A DNA stretch of 64,000 bases from an uncultured Isosphaeraceae bacterium (lineage in GTDB: Bacteria > Planctomycetota > Planctomycetia > Isosphaerales > Isosphaeraceae). Below the pieces are notes generated by a model. It saw only the letters and a list, made by a program, of their open reading frames with translations, was not told where the DNA came from and made no database searches. Positions 1 through 9,758 of this stretch are shown piece by piece (position 1 is the stretch's first letter; each line of letters begins with the position of its first letter). The translations under genes were made by a program, and so were the position numbers. Where the stretch lies: positions 759,177 through 823,176 of the forward strand of contig CAWGMT010000013.1 of NCBI GenBank assembly GCA_963823675.1. The letters are read 5' to 3'.

Positions 1-1262
1 GAGCTGCGCTGAATCAACCCGGATCCGCGCATGCGGCGCGGAACGGCGCCCTGGCTCGGTGTCGCGGCGACTGGACGAGGCAGAAAGGCTGGCTGGCTCG
101 CGGGTGCCGCCGTATCGGGGGTTGCGGCCGGCAGCGACATCTCGGGGCCCGTCGGAATTTGAGGGCCCGGTGTCATTGCCCTCGCGCCGCTCGCACCTTT
201 CGCACTGGCATCACCCGAGAGCGAGGTTTGTTGGCCAACCCGGATGGGCACCAGCTTTCCACCGGGCAGCCGTTCTTCAATCGTGACCGTGCTGTCCTCA
301 GCGAAAAACAGAAATGCTTCGTCGAGACGTTCGGGCTCGGCGGCCGTCTGGACCGTGATGGTCCAGCTCAGATAGCAACGTTCCGGGTCAAGAGTCTCGA
401 GCGGTGGAACCGCGCCTGGATCGGTGGCAACGGTCGTCTTACCCAGTTCGCGCAGCTCATCCAGAACACCTAATGGGTTGATTCCACGGCGCAGTACTTC
501 GGGACCGGGCACAAGCGTGATCTGGTAGGTCCTCAAATTCGCGTCATCGGTCGCTGCCGGCGAGCTGTCTGGTGGCGTCGCGGCCGGCGGGACCGCAGCT
601 CGGTCCATCCTTCGGGCCTTGCGCCGACTCGGCGCCGGCTTGGAAGTCTCTGGAATCGCAGCCGACGGTGCTTTCCGGCGCTTCGATTTTGGTGCCTTCG
701 AAATCGGCTCACGTTCCTTTGGCGACGCGGACGCATCGGCTGTCCTGGGTTGTGGTTCAGGGGATAATCGCGCGAGCCGACCAGGGGCGGGGACCGATGC
801 GATCGTGGTGTCCGGCCTGATCGGAGCGGCTGCCGGAGGGACGCGCGTGGAGATCGAATGCAAGGGCGCCGCGTCGTCAGGGGGCTTTTCGGTGGTACTA
901 CCTTGTGCCGGCCCGCGCAAAAGGATCGCCAAACGCTGCGCCAGCTCCGTCGAGTGAGGAATGGGAGACTTGGCCGCTTCAGCCTCGACCATTGCCGCCA
1001 GGTGATCGCGCGCTTCGAGCAGCGTTGTAATGATGTCGGAATCGATCGGCAGCAAGCCGGATCGGATTCGCTCGAGGACGGCCTCGATGTTGTGGGTGAA
1101 TTCGGAGATCGAGCCGAGACCGACCATGGCCGCCGCTCCCTTGAGCGTGTGTGCGGCCCGAAACGTCTTATCGAGGTGCGCGCGGTCCGTCTGCTTGCGC
1201 TCGAGGTCCATCAGTCCTTCTTCAAGACTGATGAGAAGCTCGCGCGCTTCCTCAAAGAACAT
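1..1262 (-). CDS. CheA-like histidine kinase, N-terminal portion (Hpt/P1 domain, Pro/Ala linker, P2-like region); gene runs off the window start
   Basis: The minus-strand frame is open from the window edge, so it is absent from the ORF track (no in-window stop). Translation of 960-1262 gives MFFEEARELLISLEEGLMDLE...FRAAHTLKGAAAMVGLGSISEFTHNIEAVLERIRSG, a canonical Hpt phosphotransfer motif with the conserved His. Downstream is a P/A-rich linker followed by LGVLDELRELGKTTVATDPG. Near positions 1-60 another frame reads HARIRVDSAQL, resembling the CheA P3 start (TIRVD..LD), which suggests an additional frameshift around 250-290. Confidence 0.65.
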   Translation of the reverse strand, partial: MFFEEARELLISLEEGLMDLERKQTDRAHLDKTFRAAHTLKGAAAMVGLGSISEFTHNIEAVLERIRSGLLPIDSDIITTLLEARDHLAAMVEAEAAKSPIPHSTELAQRLAILLRGPAQGSTTEKPPDDAAPLHSISTRVPPAAAPIRPDTTIASVPAPGRLARLSPEPQPRTADASASPKEREPISKAPKSKRRKAPSAAIPETSKPAPSRRKARRMDRAAVPPAATPPDSSPAATDDANLRTYQITLVPGPEVLRRGINPLGVLDELRELGKTTVATDPGAVPPLETLDPERCYLSWTITVQTAAEPERLDEAFLFFAEDSTVTIEERLPGGKLVPIRVGQQTSLSGDASAKGASGARAMTPGPQIPTGPEMSLPAATPDTAAPASQPAFLPRPVAATPSQGAVPRRMRGSGLIQRS

Positions 1263-1340
1263 CTCGCGGAAACGGTCGTCCGAACTGCTACTCAAGTTCC
1301 AAAGTCCTTAACGCGATCGCAGGTTCGTGGGCCTCTGTGT

Positions 1341-1715
1341 TTAGCGCGGCAAGACGCGCCGAACCCAACGTCTGAGCGTTTCCGGTTCTATCGGCTTCAC
1401 CAGCCAACCTGTAACTCCTTGACGATGCGCCGGCTCAAAGTCACTGGCCTGGTGGCACGACAGGACGAGAACCGGCAAAAAACGATGCGCCGGCAGGTCG
1501 CGCACAGCCGCCACCAAGGAAAGCCCGTCACGATTCGGCATCTCCAGGTCGGTCAGCAGGAGGTCGCAGTGCGAATCGCGCAGGACCTGCAAGGCGGCCT
1601 CGCCGTCGGCGACCGAGATCACCTTCAGGTCCAGGTCGCCAAGCTGTTCGGCCACCCACCGTCGCACCGAAGCGCTGTCATCCGCGTGCAAAACCGTTTT
1701 ACTCATGAGATTCAT
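1341..1715 (-). CDS. single-domain CheY-like response regulator (REC)
   Basis: ORF 1341..1904 trimmed to the internal start MNLMSKTVLHADDS. The phospho-acceptor D and DLEMP..DGL are typical REC motifs, and ...KPIEPETL is REC-like. Confidence 0.8.
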   Translation of the reverse strand: MNLMSKTVLHADDSASVRRWVAEQLGDLDLKVISVADGEAALQVLRDSHCDLLLTDLEMPNRDGLSLVAAVRDLPAHRFLPVLVLSCHQASDFEPAHRQGVTGWLVKPIEPETLRRWVRRVLPR

Positions 1716-1750
1716 CGCGACTGGTACCTGGGATGCTCCACGCACCTCCG

Positions 1751-2047
1751 TCAGCTCTGATGCGCTGCAAGCCAACCCGACAAACCGGCTCGTTCGGCGA
1801 TATCGACGCAACCTTGGGGCGTATTGAGCAGGACCACATTCCGGCCGCGGCTCTCTGCCGACTTCGCACCAGAAATCAGCAGTTGGAACCCGGCCAGATC
1901 CCATGGTCCCGAATCGCTCAGATCGATCCGAAGACGCTTCCCTAGAGCGATCGCGGCCTGCAAAGTCTCGCGGACCACCAAAACCTCGTACAGAGTCACA
2001 GGGCCTGACAAGACAACCGTTTGGGGTTCTTTTGATTCGACCGTCAT
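1751..2047 (-). CDS. STAS-domain anti-sigma-factor antagonist (SpoIIAA/RsbV-like)
   Basis: 98 aa. The VVLSGPVTLYEV..LQAAI pattern with a phosphorylatable DLSDSGPWDLAGFQLLI is the STAS fold signature. It sits in an operon with the PP2C gene. Confidence 0.75.
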   Translation of the reverse strand: MTVESKEPQTVVLSGPVTLYEVLVVRETLQAAIALGKRLRIDLSDSGPWDLAGFQLLISGAKSAESRGRNVVLLNTPQGCVDIAERAGLSGWLAAHQS

Positions 2048-2198
2048 GGTCCGATCCTGATCGAGAGACCAGTGCGCGCCGGAGTTATGTTAGGCTCACC
2101 CCTGCTGGACTTGAGATCGAGGGAGCAGAAACCGCTGACCCGAGATGGTCTCGAACGCCCAACTTAGTTTAACATGCCGCGAGAGGCTTGGGGAGCGT

Positions 2199-3383
2199 TC
2201 ACTTGGCGAGATGTTGGAGGACGATGATGTTGATATCGTCGGATGGCCGTCCCGGCGCGGTGTGGCGATCCAGCGCCGCTTCGACTTGATTGAGTATCTC
2301 AGCGGGATCGGCACCGTAATGCGACTGCAAGACGGTCTTGAGACGCTCCTCCCCAAACAGGACGTCGCAAGGGTCCATCGCGTCGGTCAAACCGTCGGTA
2401 TAAATCACCAGGGACTCGCCGGGTTCGAGCCGTTCGGTATCTCCCGCGGTGCCATCGACCATGCCGATCCCCAGCATCCCGGGGTTGGACTGGAGCGTCC
2501 GCGGGCCCCCGGGACCGATGATGATCCCGGGAGGATGGCCGACTCCGGCATAGCGAATCAAACCCGTCTCCTCGTCGGCGATCAGATAGAACCCCGTACA
2601 GAAATAACCTTCGGGAAAATACTGTTCCGTGGCAACATCCAGACCGGCCAGCAGCTCACCCGGCTCGAGCACGGCGATCGACAGCGGGGCGGCGAGGGCT
2701 TTGACCATCCCCGAGAGCATGGCGGAATTCACGCCATGGCCCGAGACATCGGCAACCAGAATGCCGAGTCGATTGTTCTCGAGGCGGTAGAAATCGTACA
2801 CGTCCCCGCCGAGCTGGTTGGCCGGCGTATACCGGACCGCCAGTCGCAGTATGCCCCGGGGCTTGGGAGGGCGGGGCATCAAGGCAAATTGCACCTTCTG
2901 CGCCAGGCCCAGCTCGAACTTGTGTTTCTTGATGGCCGCTTCCTGAAGTCGGGTCAAGTCGACCACTTCGGCGTTCAGGTCCGCAATCCTCAGATGCGCC
3001 CGAATTCGCGCAACCAACACCTTGAATTCGTCGGCCCCTTTGGGCTTCTGGATGTAATCGTCGGCCCCGGCTTCCAGGCCGGCGATCTTGTTGTGCGTAT
3101 CCCCCAGCGTTGTCAGCATGAGAATTGGTATCGACCGTAACTCCTTATCGGCCTTGACTGCCCGACACAAGCCCGCGCCATCGAGCTCGGGCATCTCGTA
3201 ATCGGTCAGGATCAATTCCGGTCGCGGCAGGGCGCGTGCTTTGGCCAGCCCTTGAACACCGTCGTTAGCGGTCTCGACCTCGAAGCAGTTTTCGCCCTCG
3301 ACTCGCTCCTCCATGAGCATTGTCGAAAGCATTCGTCGCATGGTGGAGCTATCTTCGACCAGCAAGAGGCGACGCGATGCCAT
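2199..3383 (-). CDS. response-regulator receiver fused to PP2C-type (SpoIIE/RsbU-like) serine phosphatase
   Basis: The N-terminal REC reads LLLVEDSSTMRRML..ILTDYEMPELDG. The C-terminal PP2C reads GGDVYDFY..ILVADVSGHG...FCTGFYL...YAGVGHPP...IYTDGLTDAMD. Confidence 0.85.
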   Translation of the reverse strand: MASRRLLLVEDSSTMRRMLSTMLMEERVEGENCFEVETANDGVQGLAKARALPRPELILTDYEMPELDGAGLCRAVKADKELRSIPILMLTTLGDTHNKIAGLEAGADDYIQKPKGADEFKVLVARIRAHLRIADLNAEVVDLTRLQEAAIKKHKFELGLAQKVQFALMPRPPKPRGILRLAVRYTPANQLGGDVYDFYRLENNRLGILVADVSGHGVNSAMLSGMVKALAAPLSIAVLEPGELLAGLDVATEQYFPEGYFCTGFYLIADEETGLIRYAGVGHPPGIIIGPGGPRTLQSNPGMLGIGMVDGTAGDTERLEPGESLVIYTDGLTDAMDPCDVLFGEERLKTVLQSHYGADPAEILNQVEAALDRHTAPGRPSDDINIIVLQHLAK

Positions 3384-3628
3384 CAGCCCTCTCTCCTCGT
3401 GTCAGACTCAGAATCCGGGTCGTGAGGTGTTACTCGTCCGCGAGTCGCCCTGGTATCGCCGGCTTTCAATCAGCATCCGCTCGCGAGTTCGGCCGGGCAA
3501 TCGCGCGCTTGCCCGCCGCCAATTATCACGATAAGAATGGTCGCGGCCGAATGTCTAGGCCCGTGATGTCGGCGGCGGGAGTGGCCTCGAGAGCCGCTTG
3601 ATCAGCCAGAGCCTCGCGGCTCCCGGAG

Positions 3629-4702
3629 TCAAGCGGGAAAACGAGGTGGCGGAAGACAGCACGTCTCGGGGCAGACGTCAGCGCCCGGTCCGAATCCACC
3701 AATCGCTCGGGGCGTCTGCGCCAAAGCGCCTTCGGTGCGCTCGGCGATCAGCTCGCCGAGCATCGCGACGAATCGATGGTGGGTCCCGACCGTTTGACTT
3801 CGGACGAGGCGAATTCCGAGCGCAGTGGCACAATCCCGCGCTTCCACATCGAGGTCGTGCAAGACCTCCACGTGGTCCGAGAGAAAGCCGATCGGATGGA
3901 CCAGGACATCCTGCACGCCTCGACTCCGAATGTCCCTCAAGTGGTCGAGAATGTCCGGCTCGAGCCAGGGGTCCGTCGGCCTGCCGCTTCGACTTTGATA
4001 GACGAGCGACCAGCGCTCCCCGCCGATCCCAATCTCCGCGGCCACCAGGCGGCACGCCTCTCGGAGCTGCGGCTCGTAATCACATCCGCGGGCCATTGCA
4101 ACTGGGATGCTGTGGGCGGTGAAGACGAAGTGCCGGGCATCGCGATCCTCGACCAACCCGGTCGCCACCGCTTCGCGCACCCGGTCGCTGTTCGCTGCGA
4201 TGAAGTCGGGGTGATTGTAGAATACCCGCATCTTATCGACCTGGGGTGCGCCTGGTCCGGCCGCCGCTTGGGCGCGTGCGATGTCCTCACGATACTGGCG
4301 GCAACTGGAATAGGAGCTATAGGCGGCCAGGACAACGGCCAGCGCTCTCCTGACTCCGACTGCGGTCATCCTTGCCAGAGCGTCCACCAGGAAGGGGCTC
4401 CAGTTCCGATTGCCCCAAAAGATCGGTAGGGCGATGCTCCGCCGATCGAGCTCCGATCGGAGCGACGCAATCAAGGCCTGGACCTGACTGTTGATCGGGC
4501 TCGCTCCACCGAGATCGTAATAATGCCCGGCGACCTCGGCCAACCGTTCGTAAGGAACATTCCTTCCCCGAGTTACGTTCTCGAGGAAGGGCATGACGTC
4601 CTCGCGACGCTCCGGACCTCCAAAACCGACGACGAGAATCGCGTCATACACCGTCGATTCACCACGCGCGGTCAAGGAGTTCCTCCAGGTCGGCCGCGGC
4701 AC
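3629..4702 (-). CDS. hemH: ferrochelatase
   Basis: ILVVGFGGPE near the N-terminus, then HFVFTAHSIP, SRSG..WLEPD and HPIGFLSDHVEVLHDLD. An alternative GTG start near 4650 would remove the 44-nt overlap with the upstream ADH gene. Confidence 0.85.
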   Translation of the reverse strand: MPRPTWRNSLTARGESTVYDAILVVGFGGPERREDVMPFLENVTRGRNVPYERLAEVAGHYYDLGGASPINSQVQALIASLRSELDRRSIALPIFWGNRNWSPFLVDALARMTAVGVRRALAVVLAAYSSYSSCRQYREDIARAQAAAGPGAPQVDKMRVFYNHPDFIAANSDRVREAVATGLVEDRDARHFVFTAHSIPVAMARGCDYEPQLREACRLVAAEIGIGGERWSLVYQSRSGRPTDPWLEPDILDHLRDIRSRGVQDVLVHPIGFLSDHVEVLHDLDVEARDCATALGIRLVRSQTVGTHHRFVAMLGELIAERTEGALAQTPRAIGGFGPGADVCPETCCLPPPRFPA

Positions 4703-5798
4703 AGCACCGGGGGTTCGTCCGGTGGCAGTGGTCGAGCATGGCGAGGCGAGCGTACTCCGCGATTCGATCGTGCCGCAGCCCGTCGAGCTGTCGCAAACGT
4801 CGTGGGAGTGGTAGCCGGGCCAGCAAAAGCTCTGTCAGGGTGATCAAATGTCCGCAGGCGTCTCCTCCGCGCCCCAGTCCCAGGCGGCCGGCCAGATCGG
4901 CCATCCGGGCCCCAGAAGCCTCTTTGTTGTAGCGCAGGGAATGAGGAAGCAAAATCGCATTGAGGGTGCCATGATGGATGCGCCCTTCAGAACCCAAGGC
5001 GTGCGACAGCGAATGAACGACCCCAAGACCTTTTTGAAAGCTGATCCCGCCCAGGAGCGCGCCCATCATCATCGCAACGCGTGCCTCCGAGTTGGAGCCG
5101 TCGCGGACCGCCGCCTCGAGGCCCTTGGAGATGTACCGCAGACCTTCCACGGCGATCCCGTCGCAAATGGGATTAAACGCGGTCGAAAGGTAGCTTTCGA
5201 CGCAGTGGCTGAAGGCGTCCATGCCCGTACCGGCCGTCAGGACCGCCGGGAGGTCGCGCGTCAACTCCGGGTCGCAAATGGCTGCGGCCGGCAGCAGAAA
5301 CTGGCTCAATACAGCCGACTTGCGCCCGGTTTGCGGCAGTTGGATCAACGCTCCCCGCCCGACCTCGCTGCCGGTTCCGGCGGTGGTCGGAATCGCCACC
5401 ATCGGCGGCATCTTGGCACGAATTCCGTCCTGCCCGCCCTGCGTGAGATCGTAGTCAGCAAGTCGGCCCGGGTGCGAAACCAACAGCCTGATGGCCTTGG
5501 CCGCGTCGATCGGACTGCCGCCGCCCAATCCGATCAACCCGTCGCAGCCGTCCGCGCGGTAGCGATCCAGGCCCGCCAGGACGTCCTCCTCCGTCGGGTT
5601 GGCATGAACCCCGGACTCGAAAACGGCCGAGCTCTCCGCCGGTGAAATAACCTCCTTAACCAAACCGGCGGTCAGAACGCCGGCGTCAGTCACCACCAAT
5701 GGCCTGGTGACCCCAAGCCGGGCCAGCTCTGCCGCGAGCGAGCTTCGGGCGCCATTTCCGAAGAGAATCCGCGTCGGGAACGTGAACGTCCCGAACAT
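4659..5798 (-). CDS. iron-containing (group III) alcohol dehydrogenase family oxidoreductase
   Basis: GIGGGSPIDAAK, PTTAGTGSE and GMDAFSHCVESY...HGTLNA are Fe-ADH motifs. The ORF track extends to 5921, but the probable start is MFGTFTFPTRILFG at 5798. Confidence 0.8.
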   Translation of the reverse strand: MFGTFTFPTRILFGNGARSSLAAELARLGVTRPLVVTDAGVLTAGLVKEVISPAESSAVFESGVHANPTEEDVLAGLDRYRADGCDGLIGLGGGSPIDAAKAIRLLVSHPGRLADYDLTQGGQDGIRAKMPPMVAIPTTAGTGSEVGRGALIQLPQTGRKSAVLSQFLLPAAAICDPELTRDLPAVLTAGTGMDAFSHCVESYLSTAFNPICDGIAVEGLRYISKGLEAAVRDGSNSEARVAMMMGALLGGISFQKGLGVVHSLSHALGSEGRIHHGTLNAILLPHSLRYNKEASGARMADLAGRLGLGRGGDACGHLITLTELLLARLPLPRRLRQLDGLRHDRIAEYARLAMLDHCHRTNPRCCAAADLEELLDRAW

Positions 5799-6279
5799 GG
5801 AAGCCGGAAGACTCTCAATCGGCCAGCTCTCGGCCTGCGGCGTCCCCCGCGCGGCCGTTGTTGCCCCGTTGCCGGATTGCATCGTCGCACTGATCGGAGA
5901 AGTCAACGTCAATGACAGCACTCCCTTCGTTACGGGCTTAATCCACTAATATTTTAGGTTAGGCGCTCTTGCTCCAATGTCAATCCATCGTTGCTTCATT
6001 TGGGTACTCCCAAGCATTCATTCTGTGACCGTTTCGCCGACGCTGCCCCTTCCGGACCTGCCGTTTGGATAGTCTGGGTCGGAACTACGGATAATTACGA
6101 AATCAGGGAAAGCTAGGGGACATCGGGGTGACTAGATTCAAGCTGCGAAACAGGGTAACCGATCCAGAACCAAGCTGGGATCCGCATCCGAGACTCGCCG
6201 ATTGGGAGATTTCGCAGAAGGGTATCTGACTTACCCGAGTGCGGCCTCAACCTAACGCTGATCTGAGGGGACGACCGCC

Positions 6280-7695
6280 GTGGCAACGCCCGTCAAAAGT
6301 CGGAGAGCGGGAGTGCTTGGAACATTCGCTCGATCATTGCGTGCAGTGGTGATAGTGCTGACGTTGACTCAGGGAGCGGGCCTTTCCGCGTCTGAATTGC
6401 GGCGAACTGCCGTCGTCAACGCGATCGAGAAGGTTCACCGATCCGTGGTGAGTATCTCGAGCGAGAAAAAGGCCGCCTCTCATAGTCGCTGGCCTTTCAC
6501 CCCGGAGGAAAACCGGCTGCCGCGGGTCAACGGGATGGGAAGCGGGGTGGTCATCGACAGTCGCGGTTACATTCTGACAAACCACCACGTCGTCGACCGA
6601 GTTCAGGGCATCGCAGTTCAGTTGTACGACGGCCAGACTTACACAGCGACGGTGCTCCAATTCGATCCTGTGCTCGACCTCGCCGTGATCAAAATTGATC
6701 CCGTCAGCCCCTTGGCCGCGGTCGAGATCGGTACGTCGTCCGACCTGATGGTGGGTGAGACGGTGGTCACGATCGGTAATGCATTCGGCTACGAGAACAC
6801 CGTCTCGGTCGGAATCATCAGTGCCCTGCATCGCGACGTCACTCTGTCTGACGATCAAGTCTATCGCAACCTGATCCAGACGGATGCTTGCATCAACCCC
6901 GGCAATTCGGGGGGACCGCTGATCAATATCGACGGCGAGCTGATCGGCATCAACGTGGCCGTCAGGGCCGGTGCCCAGGGAATCGGTTTTGCCCTGCCGA
7001 TCGATGACGTAAAGCGAGTCGCCGCGGAACTGTTGAGCACACGGCGGTTAGTGTCAACCTGGCACGGGATCGTTGCCACCGACCAGAGACGAGGACCGAA
7101 GCGCGGACTGGTGGTCGCGGAGGTCCAGGCAGGGAGTCCGGCGGAAGCTTCGGGTTTGAAGCCGGGTGACGAATTGGTCCGAGTGGGAGACCTGCGTGTT
7201 ACGAACGCACTCGACGTCGAGCGGGGCATGATCGACGCGCTACCAGGCCGCCCGACCAGCGTGACGGTCCGTCGCGGAGCCGTCGAGACAACTCTTTCGC
7301 TGGAAGTCAGACCGCTCCCAGCCGTGGCCGCCGCTGCACCTGTGGATCCCGACGATCTGGTCTGGAAGCTGCTGGGAATGAAAACACTTCCCGTCTCCAA
7401 CGAGTATGTCGCGGCGGTCTCGTCCAAGCTCCGAGGCGGATTGTACGTGCAGTCGGTCCTGCCTGGCAGTCCGGCTGCGCTGGCTTCGATCCAGAAAGGC
7501 GATATCCTCGTCGGAATGAATGTCGGCAGCCGGCATTGGGAGACGATCCGAGCCGACAACATCCTCTACGTCCTGCGGCAGCCCGAAACGATTCAGACGC
7601 AAAGTGCTCTATTCTACGTGGTCCGCCGCAACGGGATCCAGCCGCGCCGCGTCTCTCTGGGTGAGTCGAACGTGCAGTCGGTCCTGAGCCGTTGA
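6280..7695 (+). CDS. htrA: HtrA/DegP-family periplasmic serine protease (trypsin domain plus two PDZ domains)
   Basis: Catalytic triad context HHVV, DLAVIKI and GNSGGPL, followed by two PDZ-like segments. A signal/TM segment is present at the N-terminus. Confidence 0.9.
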   Translation: MATPVKSRRAGVLGTFARSLRAVVIVLTLTQGAGLSASELRRTAVVNAIEKVHRSVVSISSEKKAASHSRWPFTPEENRLPRVNGMGSGVVIDSRGYILTNHHVVDRVQGIAVQLYDGQTYTATVLQFDPVLDLAVIKIDPVSPLAAVEIGTSSDLMVGETVVTIGNAFGYENTVSVGIISALHRDVTLSDDQVYRNLIQTDACINPGNSGGPLINIDGELIGINVAVRAGAQGIGFALPIDDVKRVAAELLSTRRLVSTWHGIVATDQRRGPKRGLVVAEVQAGSPAEASGLKPGDELVRVGDLRVTNALDVERGMIDALPGRPTSVTVRRGAVETTLSLEVRPLPAVAAAAPVDPDDLVWKLLGMKTLPVSNEYVAAVSSKLRGGLYVQSVLPGSPAALASIQKGDILVGMNVGSRHWETIRADNILYVLRQPETIQTQSALFYVVRRNGIQPRRVSLGESNVQSVLSR

Positions 7696-7873
7696 CCGCA
7701 GTCCCGGCGTTTTCGAGTCGCCGGGGCTATGCCCGGTCGAATTGATGATCCTGGTCCCCGAGTCGCACGCGGTCGAATTGTCATCGACAATTGCTCAACA
7801 AGCCGCTAGCTTGATAACATTGGCTTGCGAGTGAAGCTGCAACATTGAGATTCGCCAGGCTGGCAGGGTTCAT

Positions 7874-8536
7874 GTGCAAATGGCTCCCGCACCGATGGAT
7901 CAAGATCGCATCGCCATGGAAGAACTCCAGGAGGAACCTCAGTACGATCCGCCGGGCCGGGACGTGATCCTGATCTTCGCCGTTTTTTTCGAGGGTGGAC
8001 TGGCGCCGATCTCCCTGTTCCTGGGGTGGCTCCTGGGTCATCCGCCGCTCGCGGAATTCGGGTGGAGCTGGCGTGATGGCCTCCTGGGCGCGGCCGCGGC
8101 GGTTCCGCTGGTACTCGCGTTCCTGGCGATGATCCGTTGGCCGATCGGGCCCCTGCATCGGCTTCGCAAGTTCTGCGACGAGGAGGTTACGCCGCTTTTC
8201 GCCGAGAGTTCCTGGTCCGAGATCGCCTTAGTCTCGGTCGCCGCGGGTGTCGGCGAGGAGATGCTGTTCCGAGGGTTCCTTCAAGCCTCGTTCTGCGCCT
8301 GGCTCGGTATGCCCTGGGGACTGGCCGTTTCGAGCATACTCTTCGGACTGCTTCATCCGATTTCGATCATCTACATGGTGATCGCCGGCTGCATTGGCTT
8401 CTACCTGGGCGCGATCTGGGTTCTGAATGGAAATCTCCTCACCGTCATGGTCACGCACGCGGTCTACGATTTCGCCGCACTCGGTTACCTGGTAAGAATC
8501 CGGGCGGGGGATGGATTCACCACCGACGGCGACTAA
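7874..8536 (+). CDS. CPBP-family (CAAX/Abi) intramembrane metalloprotease
   Basis: EEMLFRGFL, FGLLH and a HAVYD motif across multiple TM helices. Confidence 0.7.
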   Translation: MQMAPAPMDQDRIAMEELQEEPQYDPPGRDVILIFAVFFEGGLAPISLFLGWLLGHPPLAEFGWSWRDGLLGAAAAVPLVLAFLAMIRWPIGPLHRLRKFCDEEVTPLFAESSWSEIALVSVAAGVGEEMLFRGFLQASFCAWLGMPWGLAVSSILFGLLHPISIIYMVIAGCIGFYLGAIWVLNGNLLTVMVTHAVYDFAALGYLVRIRAGDGFTTDGD

Positions 8537-8553
8537 ATGGCCTTGCACGATTC

Positions 8554-8616
8554 GGGGAGGGCGAACCTCCGTGTGAGCCGGTTGTTTGCATGGCTCGGAC
8601 GGAGCCTCGCCCTCCC
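8554..8616 (+). terminator. long GC-rich hairpin (GGGAGGGCGA ... TCGCCCTCCC) downstream of the CPBP gene; possible intrinsic terminator or RNA structure
   Basis: A 10-bp perfect inverted repeat with an inner ctccgt/acggag pair. There is no U-tract. Confidence 0.25.
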
Positions 8617-8724
8617 AGGATCACGAAACTCCATTTAGCGACATGATTTGTCGCCCGCGGCTTTCCAGTCGTCCTTCTCGCCACGGTCAGCCCCAAGGCG
8701 AAGCTGACGGTTCGAGGTGATTTT

Positions 8725-9747
8725 ATGGCGCGGATTGGTTATGTTGCATTCTCCTTATCGCGAAAGGTCGGACTGATGCAGAAAACCTTGATCGAGAAAC
8801 AGCGTTCCGCTCCGATGCGGTCCCTGACGGCTTTCACGGTTCGGACATCGCTTCTTGGTCTGGCGGTTCTCGGGTGCGGAAGCTTGAATCGAGATGCTTG
8901 GGCCGGCGGCCTGAGCTGGAAGCTCAAGGCCGGTGAGGTCCTGCGGTATACGGTGGAAGAGAAGACGACAACCACACGCAAGGTGATGGAGAAAGAGGAC
9001 AAGGGAACTACAACTCGAACCACCAATCTGAGCTGGAGCGTAAAGGGCGTTTCCGAAGGTGGCGACGCGGAAATCGCGCTTCGGTTCGACCGGGTGCGCA
9101 TGCACATCGAACAGCCGCCCTTCATGCCGTACGACCTGGATTCGAGCGCAACCAAGATCGACGCTCCCGAGCCGTTCGGCGGGCTGGCGCGACAACTCAA
9201 GGCAATGGCCGGCGCTGAGTTCACCTTCAAGCTCAAGCCCAGTGGCGTCATCGAGGACTTGAAGATTCCCGAGAACACCCTCAAGACGCTTCGCGCGGGT
9301 ATTCCCGAAAAGGCGGCTCAGGATATGTTTTCGGAACAAGGGCTCAAGGATCTGATCTTGCAGTCGACTCCCCCGGCTTTTCCCGAGAACGCATCGGAAC
9401 AGGGAACATCCTGGGCCAGCAAGCCGGCGAAGATCCCCAGTCCGATCGGGAACGTGGTCGTCGAGAAGACCTTCACAACTCTCGGGCCGGATCCCCAGAA
9501 TTCCGCTCTGGTGCTGATCGGCACCGAGACCAAGGTGTCGATTGAGCCCCAGGAGAATGCCGGCGTCTCGGCCAAGATCCAGTCCCAGGAGGGCAAGGGC
9601 TCGATGACCTTTGATACGGCCAGCGGTCGCATCATTAGCACCCGACTCACCCAGAAGATGCAGTTGCAGATCGCCCTGCCGATGGATCCAAACCAGAAGA
9701 TCGACCAGACGACCGAGACAACCTCGACCATGACGATGGAGCGCTAG
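8725..9747 (+). CDS. hypothetical secreted protein (signal peptide, Thr-rich region)
   Basis: 340-aa ORF with good coding appearance. The likely start is MQKTL (8776) or MRSLTAF (8815) before a hydrophobic signal segment. No recognisable domain. Confidence 0.55.
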   Translation: MARIGYVAFSLSRKVGLMQKTLIEKQRSAPMRSLTAFTVRTSLLGLAVLGCGSLNRDAWAGGLSWKLKAGEVLRYTVEEKTTTTRKVMEKEDKGTTTRTTNLSWSVKGVSEGGDAEIALRFDRVRMHIEQPPFMPYDLDSSATKIDAPEPFGGLARQLKAMAGAEFTFKLKPSGVIEDLKIPENTLKTLRAGIPEKAAQDMFSEQGLKDLILQSTPPAFPENASEQGTSWASKPAKIPSPIGNVVVEKTFTTLGPDPQNSALVLIGTETKVSIEPQENAGVSAKIQSQEGKGSMTFDTASGRIISTRLTQKMQLQIALPMDPNQKIDQTTETTSTMTMER

Positions 9748-9758
9748 CCGGGCCTCGT

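Noticed and set aside
858-1760. 300-aa plus-strand ORF
   Set aside because: It is antisense to the CheA Hpt region and the CheY gene. It has no domain signal, whereas the minus-strand translations carry clear Hpt and REC motifs.
2145-3140. 331-aa plus-strand ORF
   Set aside because: It is antisense to the REC-PP2C gene. GC-rich antisense artefact.
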